From: Fimbriosthenelais zetlandica
Taxonomy: Eukaryota
Direction: 5' to 3'
Assembly (NCBI GenBank): GCA_977030845.1
Contig: OZ365112.1
Coordinates: 23,312,001-23,376,000 of the forward strand
Length of the DNA: 64,000 bases
Below are positions 22,138 through 37,100 of this stretch, piece after piece. The position numbers and the translations under genes are program-made. The notes beneath the pieces were generated by a model that was given only the letters and a program-made list of their open reading frames with translations, ran no database searches and was not told where the DNA came from. Numbering within the stretch: position 1 is the stretch's first letter; each line of letters opens with the position of its first letter.

Positions 22138-25100
22138 AGCTTCTGACCATTGCCTATGAGGTCCCGTCCCTCTCACCATTATCCCATCTGGTAACAGTAA
22201 TTACGAAAATAGGGTCTCCCCGCAAGAGAAGGGCCTGCTAAGAGGAACAAAAATACTGAAATAGCCCTTAAAGAAATCACAGAAATATATTGTGGTTGGA
22301 TGAGTGGGACCTAAGAATTCAGGTATGGATGTTACATTAACATTTAATGTTAAATCTAACACCTATATATTTTCCTTACTGAAATAACCCCTGAGATGAT
22401 GGCCGGTCGCCAGTACTGGCTTGGCTTTGACGTTCATACTGCACTTGTTATAGATAAGATATCTCTCGTCCATGAAATGTGAGAGAGAAGCCTCTGCTCT
22501 ACCCTGTCAAGGAAGGGTATGTGAAGGACACGCTGAAGGACATATGAATAGAGGAAGCCATAGCAATTTAAAAGCATCCGTGTTATCCTTTAGGTTCCTT
22601 GCCATTAGGAAGACATTTGAATACTCTCTGAGTGGTACGTGCAGGTGTAGAGTCGAGCCCCCAAACAATGAGTAACTCGCTGCTTTATTAAAACCGCACT
22701 TACCCTCTTTTCAATATTATATAGAAGCCATAATATTATGAATAAAGAATTGTATCAAACATGACCTATATGTTGATCAATAAGTATGTGTCAATGTTTT
22801 ATTTCTGAAACATTTAAATTGATGCATTTTCAATTCGTCATACAGAAGTGCCTATTCATTCATTTACTCATTCATTCATATATGTATTTATTCATTCATC
22901 CATTCATTATCCGTGTATTCGCTCTCCAAATTCTTTGTTTATTCATATAAAATTGCAGAATGCTTACGTACTTAACATAATACTTTGTCGCCAAGAAAAG
23001 GAGATTGTAGATATGTTAGTATTTATAAGCAGAACTAAATAAGTTTATAATGCTCTAATCACATTTGTATACGTAGTTGTGATTGAGACTCACTGCTGTA
23101 TATTATATAATTTGAGGAAAGACCCTTATAATATCAGTAACTTCTGGTTAATGTGGACTTGGTTGCACCGTTTGAACTGATGATATGGAATGTTTATATT
23201 TCTTTTAGTGATTTTGATTGTGGAATCCATGGAGAGTAAGGGATACAACATCTTTTCGGAGAGTCCATTTAAGTATCAGGTAAGAAGAACATCTACCAAT
23301 CTACAATAAATCTACCATAGTAAATTATGTATGTAAAGACCAATACAGATCTCGGAATACGTTTGTACTTTTTATACAGAACAGTAATGTTTTTGGTTCT
23401 TGGTTTGGGTCAAACGTAGCGAATGTCCCAAGGCTTGATATTAACCAACTGCCCTTATATATCACACAAAGGTCTTAAGCCATCGGCGATGGATGACCTA
23501 TTCTTGCCAGATCATTCTTCCTCATGCCCCATCACTCAGCAAGCACGCATTCCCGTGGCCATTTTTCATTTCTTCTGGGATAAAGAGAGTTAATTCTCTG
23601 AGATCCCTTCTGCCCCAAATGCAGTGCATAATTTATTGCACATATTATTATACCCCAGTCTTATTACACATTCCCATTGAGGCTTCGGATGTATCTAATG
23701 AAACTGAAACCAACGTTGGGATTGATGAAGATATATAACAAAAGTCCGCAATTAGAATAAGAAGAAAACAAGATATTTGGCAATTTCTGTTATGGAAGTT
23801 TGCAAGAAGATTTAACAGGAAATAAGGTATAAATAAGTGTCTTTGATGTTTGTGGTAATTTAATTTTAATTAGAGAAAGTGATATATTTAGAGCCACCTG
23901 CGCCATATGTATATAAAAAGCATATAGATGAAAGGACTCTGACTCTTCAAAACATATTTTCTTTGTATGAGATAGCACCTATCTTGTCAGGGAATGTCCA
24001 GCATACAGACTCCGTTCAAGTGAGAGCCTGAGAAAAGGAGTTCTAGGAAGTCTTGAATAGTGAGATTATATTGAAGATGGCAGGAGGACTTTGCTCTGGC
24101 GCCGCTGTACAAGAGATGTAACGTCTCCTCTGACATCCGACTGACGTGATGGCAAAGGAGAGGCATAAGGCACCTCTATTTGTGGGTTAAAAATGAGACA
24201 GATAGTAAAGGCAATGGTAAAACAGTAAGATAAAAGACTGTTGGGAGAGAAGGGACTGAAGCCAATGTCTATATTATTATATAGAAGGCTGAAAAATGAA
24301 AAATAAACAACATAATATAATGATCTAGTCGATTATAGTCCTTTGTGAAGTGTGCTTATACTATTTCATGTAGCATATAAAGGAATCCTACATGTACTCT
24401 TTCATTGTCCACACTTTAACTATCATAACAAATCTCAAGGAAGTTATTCGGAATGTTATACATGTAGTCCCTTTGAGAAAGTTTCTCAGAAGTCTCTTGC
24501 CACAGGTCCCATCTTCTCAAAGGACAGGTGACTGCTAGTTATATACCAGGAACGTACGGCTCCATGGTGTGAATAATTCCACCTGTTGCAAGGTAAATGA
24601 ATGATTCACTTTGTCACTATTGCAAGTCCAAGCTAAGTGCTTATTGGCAGCTGACTGCTTTTGTTACTGCTCTCTTAAAGGACCTGTCACATTGCGAACT
24701 GGAAGGAAAAGGGATCTTGAAGGAAACCAGCGCCCACTCCATAGTTTAGCGGAATAATTATTTGAACTCCTTCTCTTAGGGACTAATCCCAATCATTGCT
24801 TTAAAGACATTACGTCTTCAGAGAAGCATTTGGATTTCAACTTGTAAGTGCCTCTGTAATAATTATAATGTTTAGAGTGCATTTAATCACATTAGGAGCA
24901 CTTAATACATAAGGGGTTATTTGTAAAGACAAATTGCTTCCGGGGATATTTATGGACGGGTAGGACTCGAATGGTCTAAGATTGAATGTGTACATATATA
25001 GCATATTTGCCCACTTTAAAATTAGCGTGTCAGAGAGAAAATTGACTTGGGGCCTAATTCCCTAATTGAGAGAAAAAGATTACATCTTGATGGAGTCTGG

Positions 25101-28100
25101 AGTCTTAAAATAGCTCAACATGAGCTCTGGCCGAAAAGTGGACCCCAACACGAGCAGCCCCTAAAGATGAGACATTAGAGCTGGGACCACAAGAACCAGC
25201 ACAATGGATATAGAAGATAAAATGAGAGTAGAAGTTGGTGAAGAAGTGACTATAAATGGGGCAGGAGCTGAAGGGGAACGCCTAGTGAAGGGAGACAAAT
25301 GGAGAGCTTCACATTTACCAAGGACCCTGTCCACCCTGTCTGAAAGCGATGGTTCACGATTCACTGCCTTGGGTCCTGACATTGGCTACTCCTTGCGCGT
25401 CTTGCTGCTGTAAAAGGTTTATTATAACTACAGTAAACAGGAGAAGTCTAGCACAGTAGTGCCGTGAATACTAGTAGATCACCCCCCTTAGCTCCAGAGG
25501 TGCGCAGGTGTTCTATGAAAGCAATATTTGACGACTGCTTTGATTAGGGCGTGCTTATGCATGATAACCTAGACAGCAGTGGTGGTGGTCGTGGCGTCTT
25601 CTGGCTTATTCTCCTATCAGTTCTACAGTTCCAAGCCTGCCCTGGTCAATCCGATTTCTTGGCCATCTCTCAAATTGTATGGGGCCCACATGGGCGAGAC
25701 TACATAGATTACCCACTCTTTAAAAGGAAAGATTTCTTGCCTGCCGAAGTTCATTGCTTGGGGCTCTATTCCCATTGACAGCTCACTCCAGTCCTGCCCT
25801 TTCAAAATCAAAGTGAAAGTTTTCTTGGCCTTCCCCACCAAAATCAATGACTGGGACATTGTGAAGAATTAGGAGCTGTCCTAGTGCACACCCTATCAAA
25901 TGGCCTGGCTGCAAAGGCCCAAATAATGTTTGTAAGTACATCAGGGCAGAAAGTGTCAAGGGTGAATGATTTTGCCTCGACAGACTACTTGGTTTATGCT
26001 ACAGGAGGCAGGGTTAAAGGAATAACCCCTGCTTGCCACGTCCCCCTGTGTAATAGGTGATAGAGGCCCAAGGGGTTAGGCTGTTGTTGTGAATGTGTAT
26101 ACAACCTGATCGCCTGAGGCACACACTGCCTTAACGCTGTGGCTGATAAGGCATATAAGGTGGGCAAATAAGAGAAGTGCAAGAGCCCGTCTACCACCAT
26201 GAATTAGACACTATCACACTCCTGATATGGCTTCCTTCTGCTCGGCTGAGCAGCTGGGCATAACTAACCCGCACCGATATTGTATGGCACGGGTAATGCA
26301 CTATTGATATGCGTGGGGGGCTGGTCTATTCCCAGGACCTCCTATATGGTACATAATCACATAAAGTACACCAAGTTATTATGATGTTGATCTAGTGCTC
26401 TCTCTGTTGGTTCTAAGTATAGAGACTTGGTCAACAATCCCATAAACTACCACACAAATATGTAACTGAGTCTGTGATACTGTGATGCAGATCTAGACGT
26501 GGCTGGTACTGATTATGGTGAACAGGGTCCCCTGACAAGACAAGTTCAACCATATATATATACACACGGATTCTATCTTTAAGACAAAACAAAACTGAGG
26601 TTTAGTCTGAATCAGATACATTTTGTAGGACCAAGCGCTGTAAGTCGGAATTTCATCCGTAACTGTGACACATCAAAATGACCTCACCAGAACATTTCTT
26701 TTCTGAACTCTGATGGAAATCCTGATTACGGTACTTGATATAATGCCAGAAATGCCAGAAAGGAACTGCTTCCTTCTCGAAAACTTCCTCTGTGATAGAC
26801 TTGAACCTCTGAGCTACCTCTATATATATGGACCAATTCAATATCTCCCCCAATCTTTTTTCCACCCCTTCTCATCCATTTGCCTTCTCCATACCATCAA
26901 AAGCCATGACCCCCTCTTCTACCAACCACATTACACACACTTCTCCCAATGGATTCCATTTGCTGAACAATCCACTCTTCATCAGTGGCAATGACTTTCT
27001 CTCTAACACCTCCTAACCTGCCTTAGCCAGCCAACTAGAAAGGTTGATTCGCACTGGACCTCCTGAACAACTCCTCCGACCCTTGGGGTTAGACCGGGCC
27101 AAGAAAACATTGAGCGACCCCAGGGGGTGCCTTGAGTCAAGTCCTGCCTGTAAAAAAACATTCTTCCTCTAAACCAGTCATTTTCGCACTACTGGTCAAC
27201 ATATTTTGCGGGATTTCTTGCAATTGCAATGGGAGGAATTCATTCAACGTTTGTGTCAGCTTCTGCTCAAGACCTCATTCGATTTACGCATATTAAAAAA
27301 GCCTGAGTGGTGGCGACAAGGAGTGGGTGTGAAACTATGCTGTGACCTGGAAGTGGGGATGACCTCAGCAGTTGTTGAGATAGAGTATGGACTTAGTACC
27401 TAGGGTTGTGGGGCTTTTGCCCAATGATGGGGTGGGGGTTCCTGGGGCCAAAGGGCAGGTTCTTAAGTGTATTTCCTTGGACAATCAGGATCGAATGCAT
27501 AGTTTTGGCATATGACACAGGAATGTTGGCAACAGGATATTGCTTTTCCCTCCTTGTGTTTCGGAAAAGATCATTATATCATATTGAGTTGAGGTAAGTC
27601 CAGCAAACGGTTTCATCCTTGAGTTATCGCATAACATGGTACCCAGATGTCACCATAGTTTCATCAAATTTGATAATTCAATATCCGAATAAGGTTGGAC
27701 CGGTCTTTGTTGTATATTTAATCCCGTCTTCAGGGATTTACTGCTCCTATAAGTGCACCTTGTCTCTACATGCAGCATGCCATTGATTACTGCTCGTATA
27801 TCAATAAGCCACTTCTCGAGGCCCCCTCCAATATATGGCCCTCTCTTATCATTCCATCTTTTGTATGCTACATACTGGTGAGAGGCTTTAATTTTCTCAG
27901 ACAATGGCGATATACTGTGAGCTGGCACACTTCATTAAATAGAGTTCCAGCCGCCCTAATGCGCTGGATATGATTTACGGCTGCTTAGCCGACAGGATCT
28001 TTAATTAAAGACACTATATCTGAGAATTAAAGTTTCTCAAAAAATGAATATTAATATCAGCCTTTTCTGGCTCAAGCCTGTCGCTTCTCCTTATCATAGG

Positions 28101-31100
28101 GGATCTGTTTACCTGGCAGCCAGCCCAGCATATATCCGCTCCCTGGTTTTAATCCCGTCCCTCTAGAAGCTTCAGTTGTGAAAGACTCCATGATATTGTT
28201 TTGACACACTACTCTACTATATTTATAATTCTCATTTCTAATTCTCAAGCATTTGGCCTACCATAGTGTCATTTCAGGAATCAGTTTGATTTCTGTTGCG
28301 ACATTTGACGCTTGATGTGGCATAACGCATTATGCTTGGAAGGTTTTGCATCAGATTATATTCAAGTGATTTGAATTGACAACTTTCATGCTAAAACCTC
28401 CTAGCTTCACTCTTCTGAAGCGCCTATCTTTCTACGATTGGTGGAGAACTCCGTGACCCACATCAGAATGGATTTGATTACGACATATATATGATTAGGA
28501 TAGAATTGATCGCCGGTTGAGGCAAGATAATATTTATTTTCTACCTCATTTGCTGTCTTGTTGGTTAATAAGGGACTATAGAAGTCCATCATATTTACAC
28601 CACGCTCATGTATTCTCAATGCGTTCTATCATCTATTGTGGCAACCCCGAGGTTCCATAAGAAAAATACATTCTATATCAGGTCTTCCCTCTCTCAGTCA
28701 TAGCCAGATTTGTTTCATTCGTTCGAAATGACGCCATTGACGCTAACACCCTCAAGGTGTAAACATCTGAATGAGAGAAAGATTACAATTACTGGTCTTT
28801 CACACGTGATTAACATATTCATGAGGCTGCGCATGGAAGTGTTTCCCTTTACAAGCCTGTGCCTTTATACCTGCCATAAACCTCGGCTATAACTGGGCCG
28901 AGAATATATCATCAGCGAAGGGATTTCCACCAGCAAAATGGAATTTAACATCACATCAGCTGTAGAGATTTCTAAGTGGGAACATTTTGTTCCTTCATTT
29001 TTATGGTGGAAAATGGCTGTGAGAAGAAATCATTTTAAGGCGTCACGCAACCTGCAATTGATCTTGTCTTCTTTCTGATTGCCTCCAATTCCGAGAGAAA
29101 AGCATCATTAACGAGAGGCGGTCGATTGTGGAACTAACACTGCAGCCGTCCAAATGTGTTCTCGCTGGAGTCTGGTGGGAAAAAGTGAAGTAAATTCATG
29201 CAGAAACTGGTTGAGAATAGTTTGAAGTTAAACAGTGGAAAGATTAATCAAAGCAGAAATGAGAAAAAAGAAAGACGTTTAAAAGGGCCTTTATTTGAGG
29301 TCATGCATTAGTAAAGGTCTCTCCGTCTTAATTCCTTTTCTCTGATGAAATGTTGCTGGACCAAATCACTTCATTGTTACATGCAGGCATGTGTGTGCAT
29401 GCAGCTGGGACAGATTGAGAAGCTGGCCTAACCGGAAGTTGGTATAAGTCCCATCAACTGGTCATTGAGCTGGCAGGGCCACCTGGTATGGGCTTTGGCC
29501 ACTCGCTTACCCTGGTGCCCCTGTACAGTAAGATCTGTTCGTTTACATATTCATAGCCCATGTTACAGCCATTGTGCATGGAAATTACTGTGGTGAGACC
29601 TTAATCAAGCTGTATAAAGGGCAGTTTGGCGCCTGTTGTATGGTCGGTACTTATGATTCAGTGGTGTGTGTTATCAGCAGACATGGACCGCATATATGTC
29701 TCAATATAAAGAGTATAAAGACCGACAGAGGCAGATCCATTGTGTTACCCTATGTTCCCCTCACCTGCGCAATACTAAAATATTATTCCTCATCCAAGTG
29801 AGCCTCACTGCAGCAGATAAAAGTAGAAGAAAAAGCCTTGACATTGAGGCCAAATGTTAGTAACTAATTGAATCCAGGTGTTTGGTGATTTTACCAGTCA
29901 ACTAATTGCCAAGTGAATGTTGCGAACATTGTCCTTCTTGCAGAATTTCAAATTCTTCCTGTTTTTTTTTTCTCAAGTACTCAATTTTGGCAGCCAACAC
30001 CCATTGAAGATTCCCGAAGAAGGAGCCAATCACACTTCTTCACTATGAATGGGTATTTAAAAAGCCACCACCCTAATCGGCCTGCAATGAACACTGATCA
30101 GATGCTCACAAAGTGTTTTTGTTAAAAATTCTTTTAATTCCAAGAGCAATGAGATAAAACTCGAATCACAAGGTGACTGGGACCAATGAGTGTGACTCGC
30201 TCCGACAAAAAAAAATCAGATGGACAATGAAGCTAATTGTTCCATGCATGATAAAATAAAGAGGATGGGTGAATATGGCATGACGGATGAAAAATAAGTG
30301 AAGCGCTTTCTCTCTTCAGACATGCATGGTCTCGTTAAGAGGGACAGATCCATGGGAAGCAATTGATGAGCTTTTTCCTGAATGTTTCCTGCTTTGTTTC
30401 TGCCATTAAACTGCCATAAAAACATGATCATTTACAAATGTGGAATAAATGAAATACAGGAGAAAAACTAATGGCGATGTTGTCTTAGTCTATAGCTAAT
30501 GCTGATGTCCATCCCACAGAACCATACCATGTTGGCTAAACCGCATTGCTGTGAACTCACCATATAAGCCGCAGACAAAGTTGCCATAGTCTAACCTGAC
30601 TTTAATTATGGAAGTCTTTTCTTGTATGCTACTCATAGCTCAGAAACATGAGGTTGTATAGGAGGAGGGGAAGAGGAGTCAAGTAAGCCCTCAGGTCTAG
30701 ACTATGGTCATTCTCTATGATCCAGACACTGAGAGCCTAAGGCAGAATATGGGGCTAATAGATCCAATCATCATAAAACATCCAGCCTTGTCTGCCTCCT
30801 ACTTTATACCAGGTTACAACAGTCACTCGAGAACATGATTTTGCAACTACAGCATGAAGAATTAGGCAGCTTAAACGTAAAAGACACCTCAAGGCTAATA
30901 TGTTTTTACATACTAAAGCTATAAAATATTCAAAAGTTGAGCTGAACTGCAATAAACATTCATTTATTCACTCAAAGGATACTGCTATAAAGTGGGGTGT
31001 TCTACAGTGCCTTTACTTTAGAAATGACTGTTGCACAAATGATAACTATAACATGCACCAAAGAGGCACCGTTAGCTAGAAAACAGTCTCAGAAAGTATG

Positions 31101-34100
31101 TAAAATATACTAACTGAATAATATATGACTTATGATAATGGAAAGTGAGATAATTTCATATGGACAGGCACAGTGCCTGGTGTTCCATCAGACACAACTG
31201 AGGATGATTATTACTCAGAGAAAGGAAGGAGAAAGGCTAGCTATATATATTGGCATGATAAGCCAAACAATCACACAAATCATACACCAGCTTGCTCCCT
31301 CCTAGATGACCAATCTCACAACAAGATTCTTTGTTATATATGACAAGATTTACCCAGCCCTCTCAAGATAACGAAATTGTTTCACAGCCACATGGCTCAG
31401 CTGACTCCCTACTGTAAGATATGTGAATCACGGGCCTGTTTCTGGCGGAAGGTTGTAAACGTACCGTTCTCTGCCTTAAGTCGCGAATCTTAACTTTGTC
31501 ATGAAACATACCCCAGGGAGCTTTTTCATCATATATAATAATGCATCCTTTATATCAGGCCCAATCATTTTTCAGCTCATAGAAAAGTTGCAATCTATAT
31601 TACTCATTATATACAAAGGGAACAAATCAAAGGATGTTACCAAATTACTGTTCAAATCTGAGAGGTATAGCGTTGTTAATTTATAGTTGGAATCTAGACA
31701 TTTATGACCTTTGTCAACAGGTCCGATATAAAAAACAACAGAAACAGCCCTAAAGAACGTAAGAGTGTTGTCGAACCTTATCGTATTGTTCTGAGTATTT
31801 TGTGTTAAAAAGATGATTACACAGCAAGCACCAGCACTGATTTACAGGTCTGGTGAAAATTGCAGATTTGCATGCTGAAGAGCAACTGAAATAATTTTCT
31901 CCCATGTCGTTTATTTAATTTAGTTTCGTTAAAGCTTTTATACTAAAGTGCACCTCTTTCTTCTCACCAAGCCAAATCCCGTGAGCTTTTAAACTTTCAA
32001 GAACATTAATTTTAATCCATTTTAGTCTAAATTTGGTTCTGGTTTAAACGTTAAAACCGACCCTTATTGGGGTAGATCCACTAGGGTCTTAAAGGCTTAA
32101 GACATCTCCTAAAACATTCGTATAGACAGGTTTCCAAAGTAGTCCGGTGGGATTTTTATGGAGAAAACCACTGAGGACAGAACATTTGTGCTCTTCAGAT
32201 GTCGGTGGATCAACCCATGCATTAATTGTTACCTTCATGCACTCGAGAACTGTACGCTATATCCATGTATACACATGCATGCATCTGTACTCAACATGCA
32301 TAACCAAACACAATTAGGGTTGCCTCGAACCCTCCAGCTGTCAGATAGCCATGATATTGTATGCCATCAGATTGTGTATACCCATGGGGAAAGTTTTATT
32401 GCAGTCACAGACTCCCCTATCTCTTCCCATCAGATCGTTATCAGACGGCATCACTGAGCTTAACAGTGGATCATGCCCCTAAACTTTGCCTCTTGCCATT
32501 ATTTACGCATTTATTATTTTGTTCTTTATTTCATTTTCCTATTAATCTGATCATCAGGCAAAGGCGTACGTCTGAAATAGTAATATATTGGGTTCCACTT
32601 GAAGATTTTTCTTGCATCAGCTTGACTGGAATGGGAGTTGATTTCACGAGTTCATTCAATCGGCAGTTTTCTTTGGAGGGAAAAGCCCATTGCTTGCACG
32701 GGCTTATAAAGCTGATCCATGTGGTGAAGAGATGAATGGTTATTTAGGTTGTGGGCGATGCTTGGTTGGAAACTACAGCAACTCCTGATAAATTAAGGGC
32801 TGTCCCATGAAAAAGATACCCCACATTAAGCCTATCACCTTCCCATCGGCTAAAGCTACGAACCGTTTCTGCGAAACATGCCCCTCTACCAAAATGTAAC
32901 GTCAACCAAGGCTGGCTCTTCCACAAATCATGTCACATTTTTTATGTCTGTTTTTATTTGCTTTTGCTTTTGTTTTTGACCTTTCGTCCACCGGACCTTT
33001 AAACTGCGATTTTCTGCGGTTAAGGCACTAGTTTGCCTTATATTCAAAGGTGTACAATTCATTGCATGGGACACCTTTTCAAATTGCCTGATGCATGGAA
33101 TCACTATTGTTTCCTCCTTTGTGTGTGGCTTTCCGTAATGTAATACATTGGGAATCCCCTTCCATGTAACTAGACTCTGATACTGTTGGAGCCAATTTGG
33201 GCGCAAAAAGTATTATGAAATCAGAATAAAGCCATCATTGATGTATTTACTTCAGGCATTTGGCATGCTTCCATTTTACAGGGAGATGTAAACAATGAAC
33301 ATTGATAATGGACAAATCCTAATAAAAAAAATAGCCGACATGCTGCGTATTGATATGATTTAAATCTATTTCACACATGTCTAATTAGTATATATAAATA
33401 AGTCCGATCATAGCTGCCTCCCATTCCATTTGTAAGATGTTTGATGCAGAAAATTTGTAAACCCTATTGAGAATAGCACAATAAGTCAAAATGTTCATTC
33501 GTTGACCGAGAATTTTGCTCCAATGCGGACATTTTACAAAGCCATGAGGGATTTTGTTGCCATTGAATGGATTGAATATTAATATGTCGACCACGTACCC
33601 AACACTTTGGAAACCTATTTGAGATCCTTATTTGTCCCGGTCCCGGTCTACAATATGAGAGTGGTTTCTAGACGTAAGAACCATCATTGATTTTCTACCT
33701 TCTGTTAAAAAGAATCTCCAGTTGGGAGAGGACCATGCCGCCCATATATGTTAGCTTTTCTGTAAAATACAACTTTAAAGACATATTCCTGGCACGATAG
33801 CTTCTTCAGAACTTCCTAAGTGGAGGACTTATTTTAGTCAATCATAGGGATATTATGGCTGCCAGTATGTAGCCCTCCTCCCAGAACAGCAGTTCTTTTT
33901 TCACCCTCTAAATATATCCATGGCTTTTATGTTGTCTCTCTCTTTCTGAGGGCCACATCAATAGTTTCCTTACTACCTCTAGTGGTGGATTTATATGTGT
34001 TTGGGTCATTGGGTTGTATACATGGGGGGAAAACGCTCGCCAGTAACTCAGCAAACTGCCTCCTCTCAGAATCGGTTGAAGGGCTTCTGAAGTGTGCAAT

Positions 34101-37100
34101 ATAATATCATCCTCTTGTTTCAACTGCCACCTATACACCAAGAGCATTACAATGCTGTCTGAACACGTCAAATCTAACCCGCAATCACTATACTGGATGG
34201 TAAGTGAGGGTGGAATGAACCATGTATACGAGGGCCGCCAAGGTCGCTACTGTTTGTCATGCAACCAACGGGACAATGTAATGTGTTTGTTGTGCAGTGT
34301 GTGAGGGTTCTTGTGATGTGGGAATATGTTTGTGGTGGGTATGTGGGTTCAAAGGGAAAAAAAGACACAAGGTTACAACTAGACGACACAGTGGTTGGTT
34401 TGGTTTGAGCCGACTGGTGGACAACGAGGTCCCCACGTCACTTGGGTTTGCAAAAAAAGAGGATACATTCTAAATTGGGTCCTAAAACACTTCCCTGTGG
34501 CACACCACTCTACCCGAACGTTCGAAGTGCCCCACTTGGGCTCGCTTGTTAATGCATTCTCTGTACAAGTCACTTGGGGAAAGGTGTGTATTGGGGAAGT
34601 AGTGGATTGTGCACTAATATTGTTCGCATCAGGCTCTTCAGGGATTCGACTCTAGTGTGGGCGATGGTCACTAGGGATTACTTAGTATTGTCATGAATAA
34701 CATTAGTTTGATAGCAGAGAAACATCACATGGGAATGCTGCTGTTTTCGCCCTGGAAATTTTCTTACAAAAAGAGATTTTAACCATTAGAATCTGAAAGA
34801 AAACGATTGTCTTTGATTTGCCTTTGGCTAAAATGAAAAGGAAAATGGCGAGATTAAGTTCTTTATACCAAGTATAGCAGTTGAGATATTAAATGAAATA
34901 TGGTTCAGAAGCTTTATGAACATTACTTCTGAAACCGGCTTAATGGAATGTGTTGCTGTATAATTGCACTTGCAATAAGGTATTGTTACTGGGTCAATGC
35001 CTCTGATATGAAATTTCGTTCATCTTGTTCATGTGTAGGATGAGAGGAAACCTATAATGATTTCTATCAGTATCACCTGTACATAGTGGGTTTCCCTCCT
35101 TTATGATATTATGTCAAGTTAACAGGCTCACTGACTGCTCGATCTCTATGGATCTTCCCAGCCGTAGGTTTCATCACGATCTAATAAGATTTCACTTGTC
35201 AATCTTGAGAGGGGATAGAAGGCGAATGAATGACTGAGACGACGAAAGGTTGAGAGGGTGAGAAAAGGAGGGGGGAGGATGGGAGAGGCATGGCAGGGAT
35301 GTTGGGACATTCTCTCGGTCTCTATATATCAGAGGCAAAGCATAATAGTACATCAGTTAACTAATACGGGAGAAATCGGATTCTACAATTGAGGATATAA
35401 TTTTATTTAGGATAAAGATTTTATTAGATATATCACCAGGCTCCATTATTACTTTGTAATTTACCTGCAAGAAAGATGATATTAAAAGATTACAGTGATT
35501 TGTGTCAGTGGCTGAGAGTATCAAAATGCCACACCCTCCTATTTCTTACAATTAATTCTAAATTCTATTGCATATCAGTGGGGATCCTGAAAGTGTATTG
35601 CTCATCCCTTTAGCCATACACTAACTTAATTTGATTATCATATATGTAGGAATTACATCCAATATATCACGACATAGATGAGGTAATATGTTTATAATTG
35701 GATGGATATAAAATAATTACACAGTAGTTTGTCCTGTTCGAAATGACGCTCCTCCTAGGGACATATTCTTTATTTAAGTTTCTCCAACCACATTTAATCC
35801 CTTTCAGCTATTTTGGACAACATTATTGAACTTCAAAGTATGTAATATTCTCAAATTGAGCACTGCATTTGCCTATATATTAAGTCAGTTTTGGAGGGTT
35901 TTTGCATGGAGGTTTTTTCAGTTCTTGAATGTGGCCATTTTAAAATAACATCGGTGCCAGTACGCACTTGATTGGCATCACTGATAGCTCTGGAAGCTCT
36001 GCTGATACACCATCTCTGATTCATTTGGTTCAGATATATATCATGAACATCGTCTTCTTGCTTGGTTATACCTGGGATGAAATACAAGACAGATCTCAAG
36101 GAATCATCGGAGAAATTAATATGGGTTTGCAGCTATATTGGGGGATGATAGCTCGCATAGCACATAGAGTTCTGAGACCTACCCTGGAAATAACATTTAT
36201 ATTGAGGAAGGTCTATTCCATTTAAACCGAATAGCAACGATGGTAAAGATCTTCAGGGATATAATACTTGACAATATGATGTGCAGAGCACGTTTTTCCC
36301 TTCCCTTACTTTGACAGATATTAATGCATGGCCAGTTTAGATATATGTATATGGTGCTAGGGGACACTTATTTTATAGGGTAGGGGTGTGCTGCTGAGGA
36401 TCAATTTATTGTGGGTTCTTCTTCAACGAGTCAAAGACTACAATATAATAGGACGTACAGGAAAATAAAACCTAAGAAATCTAATTATTGCCAAAATGGT
36501 TTTGTGTGACCAAGAAGTATAGCTGATACAGGTACCAACATGCTGTGTAATCAAGGAGAAGAGGATGGTAGGTGGGAGCGGTGGGAGGTAGATTCATTAT
36601 CTTATTATCTCGCTTCATCTCACTTTAATTGAACACTGCGTCTTGTCAATGAACATGTTCCTCATGGGTGCATTCCCTCGTTTTAGACGTGACTGAAAGA
36701 GTATGTGTTCATACACACATATCCAACAATGGTAGAAACTGCTCTAGTCATGATGGCCTGATGATCGGGAGAAATCAAGCTGGTTCAATTACTTAACTTC
36801 CATGCGAAACATTCTTATATATGACAATTGTTTTGAGGAGCCCAAATGACCAAATCAATATTTATTTGTACATGTTCAGTTCAGGTTATCTACTATAGGA
36901 TGCTATTTGCTATTTGCTTTTCAATCCTAACTCAGTTTGTGGTTTCACCAATAGACTTGTTTGTCTTGTGCGCTGGAATCAAGTTCAGGCTTCACCAGAC
37001 AATTGTTTTACCCCAAATTTGTAATCAGTTTCTAGGTGTTTGGTGACTCGCATGGTGATGAATCTGTTTGAGAGGCTGACTTGTTTGGAATGACAAATGG

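Noticed and set aside
25161-28200. Several 60-90 aa ORFs as a decayed gene or TE (for example ...VPQAIRLYTH... resembling a LINE tail)
   Set aside because: No consistent frame or convincing motif; all splice models I tried hit stop codons.
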